Shown here: piece by piece, positions 1 through 11,759 of the stretch
How the letters are laid out: every line of letters begins with the position of its first letter
Numbering within the stretch: position 1 is the first letter of the stretch
Assembly (NCBI RefSeq): GCF_006345805.1
Contig: NC_042997.1
Coordinates: 149,916,001-149,980,000, forward strand
Direction: 5' to 3'
From: Octopus sinensis
Lineage: Eukaryota
Length of the DNA stretch: 64,000 nucleotides
Program-made: the position numbers and the translations under genes
Notes under the pieces: model-generated
Seen by the model: only the letters and a program-made list of their open reading frames with translations
What the model was told of the DNA's origin: nothing
Database searches by the model: none

Positions 1-384
1 TTTTACAGTTTCGAACAAAAATGTTCCTAAATCCATATTCAACTTTTTCAGTACCACATGGTCTCATTTTCAAGAAGTGTTTCTTATAGAGTGCTTTAAT
101 TCAAGGGGAATTTTCCGCTAAAGTCATTGTCGCATTAGCTTTATACGTCAGTAGTCACGTGTTGATTGGTTTGTTTCGCTCAATTTTTTTTTACCGTTAG
201 AGTTCATATCAGAACATACGTGTTTATTTTTTTGATGCGTGTTAGCGTATTAATATTAGAAACAAAAAATTTCAGCAGCTGTCAGGTAAAACTTAGAGCG
301 TTTTTAGTCATCACCTTATGAGAGTGTCCTCTCTTTACTATGACATTACTGCCACGTTGCACCGAGTAATTTTAGCCCACTTTG

Positions 385-585
385 TATTGGGTTGTCCGGA
401 AAATTAGTGCATATATTTAAAGGAAAGTAAAAGGTCAACAAATACTTGCCATTACATTTTTAAACAACCAAATATGAAACATTTTGTTGCATAATGCCTC
501 TCCATCTTTCCTTTAACTTGAAAATACCCTCTTCCCAGAATTGAGGTGGTTTCATGACAAAGAATTTATCAATTTAACTTTTTTT
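385..585 (-). mobile_element. mariner (Tc1/mariner) 3' fragment: TIR plus transposase C-terminus
   Basis: The minus strand at ~465-570 translates DKFFVMKPPQFWEEGIFKLKERWRGIMQQNVSYL, matching the mariner C-terminal F(W/Y)xxGIxKLxERWxxxxxxNGxY motif. A TA-TTGGGTTGTCCGGAAA TIR-like end starts at 385. Confidence 0.8.
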
Positions 586-788
586 TTACCAGAATTGTGC
601 AGATTTCTTCGAGAGTTTATTTACCAACTAACTTGGTGGCCTCGTAGAGATTCTTACAGCTCTGAGAAATTTACGTTACATCAGAATCAAATTACGAATA
701 CAGTTCTATATTTAAGAGATGAGGAATTGTGTACATTATTTGCATTATTTACAGTTGACAGATTTTTGTCCTCATCTTATCTATTGTT

Positions 789-836
789 AACACTACGTTT
801 CGGCTGATATACCCTCCACAGCTTGCGCCAGGTGTC
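789..836 (-). ncRNA. degenerate type I hammerhead ribozyme (family A)
   Basis: Minus strand reads GACAC CTGGCGC AAGCTG..CAGCC GAAAC GTA GTGTT. The 3' half is intact (ACGT palindromic helix III, GUA site, helix I GACAC/GTGTT); the 5' core is mutated. Confidence 0.55.
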
Positions 837-892
837 TTGGGAAAATTTCGAACCTGTATTCTCATTCCTAAGGTATTTTTCGATGTTGCTTT

Positions 893-911
893 TGCTGTTG
901 TTGTTGTTGTT

Positions 912-949
<38 letters not shown>

Positions 950-950
950 A

Positions 951-1038
<88 letters not shown>

Positions 1039-1081
1039 TCACTGCCTGGAATCGAACTCTTAACCACTACGCCATATGTCC

Positions 1082-1148
<67 letters not shown>

Positions 1149-1158
1149 CAACAACAAC
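893..1158. repeat. compound (GTT)(ATC)(ATT)n and (AAT)(AAC)n microsatellites
   Basis: Trinucleotide runs are directly visible. Confidence 0.95.
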
Positions 1159-1207
1159 TTCGAAAAATAGCTTAGGAATGAGAAGCCAGGTTCGAAATTT
1201 CCTAAAA

Positions 1208-1250
1208 GACACCTGATGAAGGCTGGAGTGTGTAACAGACGAAAAGGAAC
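1208..1250 (+). ncRNA. degenerate type I hammerhead ribozyme (family A)
   Basis: GACAC CTGATGA AGGCTG gagtgtgtaa CAGAC GAAA: the core is intact and helix III is decayed. Confidence 0.5.
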
Positions 1251-2259
1251 AAAATAAGGACAAATATCCGTCAACTGTAAATAATGTAATTAATGTACAA
1301 ATTACGAATATTTATTATCGGCTTGAAACATTAACCAGAAAGCATCGTAGACAAGGCAAGCATCAAACAAGTAATTTTCACAAGCAACGTCAAAGTTGAC
1401 TCAAATCTGTACCTCTACACTGTCTGAAACAGTATAGAGGTACGTCACACTAACTGGACGTACATTTCAATAGGTCAGTTTTGTCGTATGATGCCATACT
1501 GTTTCTAGCAGAGAAAAACAATTGTGCATGAAATACTCAGTCAATCACATGCTGCTTTAATGAAGAAGTTGTTCTGTAGATTATGACCAAGGAATATTCA
1601 TTGTCGAAACCGACGAAAATCCACTTTATTTTTATAATGTAAATACCTTGGAAGCTTCTTTTATTATATAATATATATGTGATGACTTATGGAAGATATC
1701 TAATATAAGATATATTAAAGATTACAAATATCGCCTATCAGAAAACTTGCTTCTTTCTAATTAGAGATTTAAATCTCTTGCCTTGTCTTAACAAGATGTT
1801 AATACATTGTAAATTTAAATGTAATTATCTAAAGGCGATGCGTATATAAGTGTTTTAGTGACTAATATATGAAATAGTTACTAATAAGCGTCCTTTCCGT
1901 GAAACCGTGTTAATTTTTTATTTACTTGGAGCTTAAATCGAAAAGGCTAACAATATTGTGCGAACTTTGTGCTTTCGTGAAGAATCACCGACAGGATCAA
2001 ATCCTCTTCTCCAAAGTAATTTCAGCACATTACAAGTTGTAAATCTGAACACACCACGACCTAATTATTTGACAACTAAATTGAATAACACCCGCTGACA
2101 ATCGGTTTAGATGAAAAAACAAAATAATCTTGTCTTATCAGCTCAACCACCAGTGCATCGAGGAATTTGCACTCGTTTGCATTTTACAGATAGAAGCAGA
2201 AGTAAACTCTTTAAGATTCAATTTTGTTTTACAGTTGCTTCGTTTTACTAACTGATATA

Positions 2260-2993
2260 TACGTGGAAGGAAAGTGTGTAGCGTGTGATTGTCGCAATGA
2301 CTATTGCAGAGAAAATTGGGCAGAGAACCTGCATCAAATTTTGCCATAAGCTTGGTAATACCTACTCAGAAGACTACGCAAAGTTTTCAAAGAGGTTACA
2401 TCGTTCTCGACACAATCAAGGAGATCTTGTGCAACTGAAACCAGAGTGTTATTTTGGTCAACTGAGTGCAGTTTTCGCGCAAACTTGGCAGACACGTGCC
2501 TCATACTCAAATCTTCGCTTTTAATGGACTGAACGGAACCGTAACTAATCTGCACATCCTTTGATAACTCACAGATGGTGATTCGACGTCTTCCCCTCAC
2601 AGCTGCTCGCACATCTGTGATGTTTTCCTCAGTTCTGCTGATTGCGGGTCGCCCAGAACCCTCAGCAATATCGACATTTTTCGGCGATCTTGGAAACGTC
2701 TGAAACACTTGTACACTTCTAAGAATTTCATACACTCCTCTCCATACACTTTCTGCAACTTTGCGTAGGCCTCTGAGCAGGTATCACCATGACAACTTTC
2801 TCTGCCACGTTCACTACGACGTTCACCCGTTACACATCTTCCTTCCAAGCGCTGCTGTAAACAGCGGAAGTGAACTAGAACGCGAAAACGTAGTGCGCAT
2901 GCACAACAGCGTTCATGGTCACTCTGTGCCAAGCGGCTTTATTCTGCGTGCTTTAGCTTCGATACTATAGAAACAGTCTGATACGTATTGATC
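2260..2993. mobile_element. mariner-derived non-autonomous element with long inverted arms (copy 1)
   Basis: Minus-strand transposase N-terminus (GDTCSEAYAKLQKVYGEECM; SGRPAISRTEENITDVRAAV..RRITICELSKDVQISYGSVQSI..DLSMRHVSAKF). The plus strand repeats the start (EKIGQRTCIKFCHKLG). Same architecture as 49988-50842. Confidence 0.85.
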
Positions 2994-3014
2994 ATATATA
3001 TATGTATATATATT

Positions 3015-3200
3015 ATCCAAACATGAACAATGAGAAAACACAACAACGCGAGGACGTGGAACAAGTATAGTGTTATTGGACGCTCATGAAAGGAGAGAAA
3101 AGTAGGATTTAACGTTTCGTCAGAAACATAGAAAAAGGAAATTTCCAATGAAGGGAAGACAGAGAATGAAAATCGCCAACGATAAACACGCGGTCACATA
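3015..3200 (-). mobile_element. short hammerhead-bearing repeat (family C), helix II deleted
   Basis: Homologous to 10490-10690. Minus strand at 3108-3127 reads GTTT CTGACGAAAC GTT AAA. Confidence 0.6.
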
Positions 3201-3399
3201 TTGAATATATATATATATATATGTATGTATATATAGTGACGTCTATTTGCCATATAAATATGGCTAACCCCTAAGGGTAGATGCTATTGTAGTTTGCAGC
3301 CCCAGGAGGACACCTCCTCCAGCTGGCTATAGACACACTTTCTGTGCCCTATCAGTATTTGCAAAGGGAAGCCATCCTTCCCGTCTTCAACTTATGATA

Positions 3400-3444
3400 C
3401 ACACGAACTCGAGTTTCTGGGTATTGACCCGTCATCGGCGTGTG
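3400..3444 (-). ncRNA. type I hammerhead ribozyme (family B), U4C core variant
   Basis: CACACG CCGATGA CGGG TCAATA CCCA GAAAC TCGA GTT CGTGTG: 6-bp helix I, palindromic ACTCGAGT helix III, GUU site. Confidence 0.75.
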
Positions 3445-3690
3445 ACAATCACAGTTGTCGATGAGAAGCAGGTTCCCTTCACAAATGCTTCACAGTAGCA
3501 TCCACCCTTAGGGGTTAGCCATATTTATATGGCAAATAGACGTCACGATGTGTTGTAGCTACTGTTTATAACTCGCTCTGAGATTTATTATTGCTTGTTT
3601 ACACTTTTTCGATATCAGTGTCTATCGATACTGGAAAAAGGTTTAAGTATTTGTGAAGGGAACCTGCTTCTCATCAACAACTGTGATTGT

Positions 3691-3735
3691 CACACGTCGA
3701 TAACGGGTCAATACTCAGAAACTCGAGTCCGTGTG
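3691..3735 (+). ncRNA. type I hammerhead ribozyme (family B), U3-A8 variant
   Basis: CACACG TCGATAA CGGG TCAATA CTCA GAAAC TCGA GTC CGTGTG. Confidence 0.7.
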
Positions 3736-5600
3736 TATCATAAGTTGAAGACGGGAAGGATGGCTTCCCTTTGCAAATACTGATAGGGCACAGAAAGTGT
3801 GTCTATAGCCGGCTGGAGGAGGTGTCCTCCTAGGGCTAAAAACTACAGTAGCATCTACCCTTAGGGGTTAGCCATACTTATATGGCAAATAAACGTCACG
3901 ATTTGTTGTAACTACTGTTTATAACTCGCTCTGAGATCTTTTATATACATATATACATATATTTACATTTATAATCGGTAGCACAGAATGAGATTAGGTC
4001 AGCAAGGAAACTATTTGAGCAGGAAGTCTTTGATAGTGGACCAACAACGCACTTAGTTTACGGGACGTCTTCATTTGAATCTCCACCCAATGAATCACGG
4101 ACAATTTAATTCATTGTCCCATCATTATATTCAGTAAAGATAATATTAGAAGAAAAATCGATTTATTTGATTAATTATCACATGATTATCACATCACAAT
4201 GCTATTACAAATAGTCATTAATTATCATATCAATGTCCACATAGTTTAATTCAAATAATGTACTTTGTTATTTCCATTATACCAAAGCTAATTCATGGAT
4301 GGATTTGAAATTAAAGGGAATTATCTAAACAGACTGACACACGAATTCTTTATGGTTTCTAACTGGAAAAATTCTTTCCATAATTTTATAACCCATTACA
4401 AACAACTCGTCTATAGAAATCATTCGAAAACTTCGAAATTCATTTTTATGTGAAGGCAGATATAGTAAAACATAATACGTATTATGCGTTATCATGCAGC
4501 ATAAATTTTAATAGCCAGCAGAAGTTGTAAGATAGCGGTTTGTGAAGGACTGTTGGCCCATCCAAGGTCGATAGTATTTTCTCCTCTATTCACTTCGTAG
4601 AAAGCAGGCAAGTATAAAAAAAAAACTACTGAAAACCTCGTACGTTTGTGGAAGGATTAATATAGCCGATAGTAAAACGTAACTGTTTACCATATGCCAC
4701 CTTAACATTCCGAAAATTACAATGTCCCACAATACCACGCTTGAAGATTTTCTGATAACGTATCAGAACAGCATGTGCCTTGTCAAAACGCTTTACATAT
4801 TCTCTCGTGACTGCTTCGTCTTATATTTTTTTTCCTTCCGAATTTCTAGAGAATATACCAATAATGTAGTCGTGTAGTGGAAAGAGTAGTGGTGGTTGTG
4901 GTGGTGGTGATTTTTGTTATTGCAGCGGTGGTGGTGGTGGTGGTGGTGGTGGTGGTGTTGGATGTAGTGGTTGAGTGTATGCAATGGCGGTAGTGTTGTT
5001 CTTGCTGATGCTAAGACGGTGGCAGCGGTGGTAGTTTGGTTCATTTGGTGGTTGCTAGTTGTGGTGATGCTGGCGGTAGTGAGGGCTTCATGATGGAAGA
5101 GGGTAGTGGTTGTATTTTGGTAAAAGAAGTGGGGGTATAGATGATGTTGTTAGAGAAGAGGGGTCGTAATGCTTGTGATTTAGTGAATGCGGCGGTGCCA
5201 AGCAATGGCTGCTGCTGAAATGATGATGCCAGTGGATGAAGGTAGCTGAGTTGGTTTGTGAGATGTAATGACGATAAAGTAGTGGAGATAGGACGAATGC
5301 GAAGGCTGATGAATGTTAGGTGATGGGACGGTGGTAGTGGATTTAGAAAGAGTGACTGTTTGACTTACCCCGGAATTTCGCGGGAATGTAATAACAGCAG
5401 TTGTTGGGGGTGGAAGTAGTACAGATGACGATGGAAGTGGATGTGGTCGTCAAGCTACTGATTCTAGCGAAGTTCGTTATTAGTTCTGATAGTGGAGTTG
5501 ACGGTGGTGTTAGTGGTCGTGACGGTGATGACGGAGATAGTCTGTAGCCTGTAATAACTAGTCACAATAGGTTCGTACCAGTGATGATCATGACAGCTGC

Positions 5601-5602
5601 AA

Positions 5603-5656
<54 letters not shown>

Positions 5657-5795
5657 AAGTAGTGGTGGTGGTGGTGGTGGTGGTGGTGGTGTAGTGGTGG
5701 TAGTAGTAGTAGTAGTAGTAGTATTAATAATGGTGGTGGTGATGGTGGTGGTGGTAGTAGTGGTGGTGGTGGTAGTAGTAGTAGTGGTGGTTGTG

Positions 5796-5836
<41 letters not shown>

Positions 5837-5857
5837 GGTGGTGGTGGTGGTGGTGTA

Positions 5858-5899
<42 letters not shown>

Positions 5900-5977
5900 T
5901 TGATAATGGTGGTGGTGGCAGTGGTGATGGTGGTGGTGGTAGTAGTGGTGGTGGTGGTAGTAGTAGTAGTGGTGGTT

Positions 5978-6013
<36 letters not shown>

Positions 6014-6114
6014 GTAATAGTGGTGGTGGTAGTAGTAGTAGTGGTGGTTGTGGTGGTGGTGGTGGTGGTGGTAGTAGTAGTAGTAATAGTAGTGTGGTAG
6101 TGGTAGTAGTAGTG

Positions 6115-6169
<55 letters not shown>

Positions 6170-6170
6170 G
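5601..6170. repeat. compound (AGT)n/(GGT)n microsatellite
   Basis: Directly visible. A decayed GGT-rich tract extends back to ~4885. Confidence 0.95.
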
Positions 6171-6481
6171 GAGAAGGGCTGGTGATGGTGGTGGCGCCGG
6201 CCGCAGTTATGATTCAAATTAATGTATAGACTCATACATGTATAAAACATACACCTGTCTTCCTACTATAAAATGTTCACTATATTCTTCAAGAAAGTTG
6301 GAGGTTGTTATTTGTCTGCTTGCTTGTTGTCTTTTATGCTCACACACAACGGTAATATATATTCCCTCATTCTTTTTCATATACAAACCCCATTAATTGT
6401 ATGCATGCATCCACAACTGACACACAACATTCACTCATACATATAAACACAGAGAAAAGCAAATACTAATGTGTGCGCATT

Positions 6482-6520
<39 letters not shown>

Positions 6521-6975
6521 TGTATCTGTGTTTATATATGTATAGGGGATGTGTTATGTTTGCGTATGTAGTTATGTGATGATATTACTATATATATTTA
6601 CATATATTGTAGCAACCGAATATGTAAGACATTAAAAATATATAGACATACAAGTGCTTTAGTCGTCTGTATGTACGTATATAAGTACCTATATTAATCT
6701 ATCTAGCTATCTTTGTCTCACCCTCTCCATCACTCTATGTGTGTGTGAGTGTGAGTGTGTGAAGAAAGAGAGAGGCGGAGGGAGGGAGAGAGACAGATTC
6801 ATAATTATAGCTAAAACTTAGAGATACTTCAAAATAGAAAGTGACTTCTAAAACAAGTACTTAATATCTCAGGATAGATTCGTGTATATGCATAATTGCT
6901 TGTGAACACGTGATGATTTCGCCAGCAAGAAAGCACAGACTGCTGTATGATGATGGTTTTACGATTCGTATAGAG

Positions 6976-7165
6976 TAGTGCTCCGCAACCGGTATGCTGC
7001 GGCACACTGGTGTGCCACGAGAGAATGCTAGGTATGACACATTGTAACCTGAATATAATGTTTTTCCCCTTATACATTCAGTTATAATTTTTGTTCAGGT
7101 GTTCCGCCGAATTTTGAAAAGAATATAACTGTGCCGCAAACGAATAAAATGGTTGCGGAGCACTG
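6976..7165. mobile_element. hAT-type MITE
   Basis: 15-bp TIRs TAGTGCTCCGCAACC / GGTTGCGGAGCACTG, an internal GCGGCACACTGGTGTGCC palindrome, and an imperfect 8-bp TSD (GTATAGAG at 6968-6975 vs ATATAGCG at 7166-7173). Confidence 0.75.
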
Positions 7166-7309
7166 ATATAGCGTATACATTAGAAAACGGAGTGTGCCGC
7201 GAAAGCTCTTCGAAAATGTGCCCCAGCATGGTTAAGGCTAAAATAGAACTCAGCCTGGAAGGATCCAAGCAGTAGTGTTAGCTAGAACTTTACATTCCTT
7301 GGGAGCATT

Positions 7310-7524
7310 CTATTGGCTTCAAATTTGGCACAACGCCAGCAATTTAGAGGGAGGGCTACGTCGATTATATCGACTCCAGTGTGCAACTGGTACGATTTTG
7401 TCGAACCCGAAAAGATGAATGGCAAAGTAGATCTCGGTGGAATTTGAAATGACAACGTCAGATCGGAGGAAATGCTGCTAAGCATTTTTCGCAGCGTACT
7501 AACGGTTTTGTCAGCTTGCCACCT
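7310..7524 (-). mobile_element. tRNA-derived SINE with Nin/Deu-like central domain
   Basis: The minus strand has a tRNA-like head (GGTGGCAAGCTGACAAAACCGTTAG...TTCAAATTCC) followed by GAGATCTACTTTGCCATTCATCTTTTCGGGTTCGAC, which resembles the Nin/Deu domain. The family assignment is from recall. Confidence 0.6.
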
Positions 7525-7579
7525 ACATGGTGTGATTATATTGATGAGGCAATAATCGAACTGATGTTCTTTTATCTTT

Positions 7580-7950
7580 TACTCTTTCGAGTCATGAGAC
7601 TGAGGCCATCCTGGGGCACCACCTTGAGAAATTTTTAGTCCAATGAATCGACCACTGTACAAGGTGCCACGCCGTAGGAGTGAACCCGGAACAAAGGGGC
7701 TGTAAGTATGAGTTCCTTCCCGAGTCATATAGACACATAGGACTGGTTTCTCGGTTTCCGTGGCGTATGTAACCCCCACCTGACTGGGACACCGGTCCAT
7801 CGCAGGATTTTTGCCAGCTGAATGAACTAGAGCAACGTGAAATGAAGTGTTTTACTTAAGAACACAACGCATCACCCGGTCCAGGAATCGAAACCATAAT
7901 CATACAATCATGATTCCAACACCCTAACCACTAGGCTACGCGCCCCCACA
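7580..7950 (-). mobile_element. nested SINE fragments: pieces of the abundant SINE (7580-7715) and a copy of the 37409 family (7716-7950)
   Basis: 7716-7950 is a diverged reverse complement of 37409-37640. 7580-7715 matches the head and tail parts of the 32399-32812 family. Confidence 0.7.
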
Positions 7951-8689
7951 ACCATGAGGTTGGGGAACAAGCTACTCACCGTTCTGTCCCGCCTGCGCCT
8001 AGACAGCCACTCCTGCGTCCGTTTTCTATAAACGTTATTTTATGAAATTGAAATAGCATAAGACCATCCTGTAATCAAAGAATCTTAATTTGTCGTAAGA
8101 ACACATTCAACCAACACAAAAATTGTGAGCTGAAAATGACCACATGACTCCCATAAAATTTACTTCTAAAAACCTCCCGTTATATGAAGGTCTGACTGAA
8201 CCCAAACAATAACAAACCTCATTTACCAAACCATCCTTTCCTCTCCACCTACATACACTAAAACATATGCTCACTTCCTGTTCTTCTTCACCGCCGAATT
8301 TATAAGCATACCACACCTATTTTTCATTTCTATTATTTCATCCTCCATATGAACACCTTAGCAAAACGCTATATATGAGTAGACCAAAAAATAAACATCT
8401 GTCAGATAAACACTGATAAGCCAGGATTATCATGATCTATTTTCATGATCTATAAGTGCATGTGTATGTGTGTGTGTGCGTGTGTGTAGATACATAGACA
8501 GATACACACACACGCACGCGCACATACACATATACACACATATATATATATATATATATATGGATATAATAAACAGCGGTAGTGGGTTTAAAATAAATAA
8601 TTACCGAGGTCGATTCGTTCGACTAATGTTCTTCAGTTCGGTACGCCAGCATAGATGTTGTCTAATGACTGATAAAAGATAATATTTAT

Positions 8690-8800
8690 ACATACATACA
8701 TACATACATACATACATACATACATACATACATACATCTATACATACATACATACATACATACATACATACATCTATACATACATACATACATACATACA

Positions 8801-8834
<34 letters not shown>

Positions 8835-8955
8835 CATACGTACACACTTACATATGTACATACGTGAATGCATGTATGTATGTATGTATGTATGTATGTA
8901 TGTATGTATGTATGTATGTATGTATGTATGTGTGTATGTATGTATGCATGTATGT
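8690..8955. repeat. (CATA)n followed by (TATG)n microsatellites in inverted orientation
   Basis: Directly visible. Confidence 0.9.
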
Positions 8956-9371
8956 ACTCTTTACTCTTTTACTCGTTTCAGTCATTTGACTGTGGCCATG
9001 CTGGAGCACCACCTTTTAGTCGAGCAAATCGACCCAAGGACTTATTCTTTGTAAGCCTAGTACTTATTCTATTGGTCTCCTTTGTCGAACCGCTAAGTTA
9101 CGGGGACGTAAACACACCAGCATTGGCTATCAAGCGACGTTGGGGGGACAGATACAGACACACAAACATATACACATACACACATATATATATATATACA
9201 TATATACGACGGGCTTCTTTCAGTTTCCGTCTACCAAATCCACTCACAAGGCTTTGGTTGGCCCGAGGCTATAGTAGAAGATACTTGCCCAAGGTGCCAC
9301 GCAGTGGGACTGAACCCGGAACCATGTGGTTCGTAAGCAAGCTACTTACCACACAGCCACTCCTATGCCTA
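8955..9371 (-). mobile_element. abundant tRNA-derived SINE, near full length
   Basis: Reverse complement of 32399-32812, with A box TGGCTGTGTGGT, B box GGTTCAGTCCC and a (GAGTAAAA)-like tail. Confidence 0.9.
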
Positions 9372-9419
9372 TGTATGTATGTATATATGTTTGGTGATTG
9401 CACCGTCTTCACATGATTG

Positions 9420-9720
9420 CTATCACCTTGTATTTCTCCTTTGTCTATGATATTTCACGACTTACCATCCATGAAATCTCTGATGACTATTCAGTCCGTA
9501 TGAAATTTGTGCACTTCCAACTAATTATGTCCTTACAATTCATCACTCTTCTATCACCATATATCTTCCAGTAGATAAGATGAGATATGAGGTCACCGTA
9601 AAGAAGCATCTGTACATCATTGAACACGTATAGTGATAAACGCTTGTACGACATGAGCAGTATTGAGTCTTCTGATTTATACCTAGTGACAATAAAACGA
9701 CCAGTAATCACATGAAACCG
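9420..9720 (-). mobile_element. possible ancient CR1/L2-clade LINE 3' relic
   Basis: Minus-strand ORF LLMSYKRLSLYVFNDVQMLLYGDLI loosely resembles the CR1 C-terminal LSYxERL..L..RRLRGDLI motif. Confidence 0.3.
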
Positions 9721-10442
9721 CAGATTCTACTCCAGACTGTCCCCTTTCCAGAAAGATGTTGACAATAACTAGGGTCTGTCAGTCCCTTTGGATTTACTAA
9801 GCATCGTGGCAACAGCCAAGTGTATTTCTGCCTCCTCTAGGGATATCCTCGCTAGGGGTGCATCATGCCTAATAGTTTTACTGCATGCCCTGACACCGAC
9901 CGCAACAGGTACACTAGCAGAAAAAAGAAACATAGAGAGTTATACGTATACATATTAATATTGAAAAAAATATATATTACAAGAGGCTTAAAACTGATAG
10001 ACAAGGCTACGTTTGAAAAAATGCAATATTTAAGTAACAATGTACATACAAGCAGAGAAAAAAACAAAACGAAATTAACAAAAAAGAAACAACAAATACA
10101 GACAAGGCCGGTCGGTGTATTCAAGAGAGTTACCTTACTCAAAAATTAACCCGGGGTAGGGGAGACAGTAAAAAAAGAATAGGAACAAAAACGAATGTAT
10201 GAAGGAGAAAAATATATATTTACAAGTGATTTAAAAATCCTATACACTTAACACATAAAGATATACAGTCTTACATATATGCAGACATACATACACATAC
10301 ACACACATACATACACACATACATACACTCGCACATACATATATAAGGGTGCAAGTGTAAGGGAAGATACAAACAAGTAAAATAATACAATAAAGGAGTA
10401 CGTATTCACATAAGACGGATATACATACATATACACATGCAT

Positions 10443-10478
<36 letters not shown>

Positions 10479-10489
10479 TTAATCCAAAC

Positions 10490-10690
10490 AAGAAAACACA
10501 AAAAAAAACAAAAAAAAACACAACGTGAGGACGTGGAACAGATAAAGTATTATTGGACGCTCAGGAAAGAAGGGAAGAAGGAGGGTTTAACGTTTCGAGC
10601 GGAGCTCTTCGTCGGAAACATAGGAGAAGTAAAGATCCCGACAAGGGAAGACAGAGGAAATAAATCGCCAGTGGTACTCACGAGGTCATA
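10490..10690 (-). mobile_element. short hammerhead-bearing repeat (family C)
   Basis: Homologous to 3015-3200 and contains the hammerhead at 10585-10619. Confidence 0.65.
10585..10619 (-). ncRNA. minimal type I hammerhead ribozyme (family C)
   Basis: GTTT CCGACGA A GAGC TCC GCTC GAAAC GTT AAAC: helix I GTTT/AAAC, helix II GAGC/GCTC, ACGT palindrome. Position 4 is C here and T in the 3108 copy. Confidence 0.75.
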
Positions 10691-10901
10691 TATATATACA
10701 CACTTATATATATATGTCTCGATTTATTACTATTTCTTTAAACATATCCGTTAGATTTTTTTTTTATGTTACAGTTTACTGCGCATATAGACTTGCATAC
10801 ACATTGATATGTCTTTCTTTTTCTCGTTTACGGTATATGTATACCTATATCGAAATTTCGCGCATATATAAAAGTATATATAATATATAAAGTTTTACAT
10901 A

Positions 10902-10937
<36 letters not shown>

Positions 10938-11197
10938 TGTATGTATGTATGGATGGATGGATGGATGGATGGAAATTTGGTCAATTGCTGAAAAAATTGT
11001 GTTAAATATATTTCTAACTAAGCATCCAGCAATGTATTTGGGATGGCTAGAAATTTATGGATACATTAAAAGTTCGCATTGAATTTATTATAGGGTAACC
11101 GGAGATATATATTATATCTCCAAACCACTTCATATATTGGAATAGTGTAGATTTTTATATTTGTTTCAATATATTCAATATATTTGTTTCGAACAAA

Positions 11198-11486
11198 TCT
11201 TTGTAACCCTAGTACTTATTCTATCGGACGCTTTTGCCGAACCGCTAAGTTACGGTGATTTAAACACAATAACATCAGTTGTCAAGCGATGTTCGGGGGA
11301 CAAACACACACACACACATTTATATGATGGGCTTCTTTTTGTTTCCGTCTACCAAATCCACTCACAAGGCTTTGGTCGGCCCGAGCCTATAGTACAAGAC
11401 AATTGCCAAGTTGCTACGCAATGGGACTGAACGCGGAATCATGTGGTTGGTAAGGAAGCTACTTACCACACAGCCACTTCTGCGCC
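11198..11486 (-). mobile_element. abundant tRNA-derived SINE, 3'-truncated
   Basis: Diverged reverse complement of the 32399 family. Confidence 0.85.
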
Positions 11487-11564
11487 GATATTTATGTAGA
11501 TATATATGCGCATATAAATATTCCATGTTCATGTACGCACGTGCATATGTATGTGTATATATCT

Positions 11565-11576
11565 ATCTATCAATCA

Positions 11577-11667
<91 letters not shown>

Positions 11668-11688
11668 ACATATCTATCTATCTATCTG

Positions 11689-11759
<71 letters not shown>
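11565..11759. repeat. (TCTA)n microsatellite, left flank of the Tx1-like LINE
   Basis: Directly visible. Confidence 0.95.

Larger units (their letters stand above)
701..1297. mobile_element. Inverted composite of a tRNA-headed, hammerhead-tailed SINE-like element (family A), with 13-bp TSD
   Basis: The arms ~725-890 and ~1159-1300 are diverged reverse complements. A minus-strand tRNA-like head lies at 1036-1082 (TGGCGTAGTGGTTA...GTTCGATTCC). CAAATTACGAATA occurs at 688-700 and 1298-1310. Confidence 0.7.
3236..3937. mobile_element. Penelope-like pseudo-LTR cluster (family B): inverted copy, partial tandem copy and direct copy
   Basis: 3236-3489 is the reverse complement of ~3648-3899. 3493-3585 directly duplicates 3846-3937. 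Each long copy holds a hammerhead. Confidence 0.8.

Noticed and set aside
1410-1442. 14-bp hairpin as a Helitron end or terminator
   Set aside because: No downstream CTRR and no U-tract; an isolated hairpin with no supporting context.
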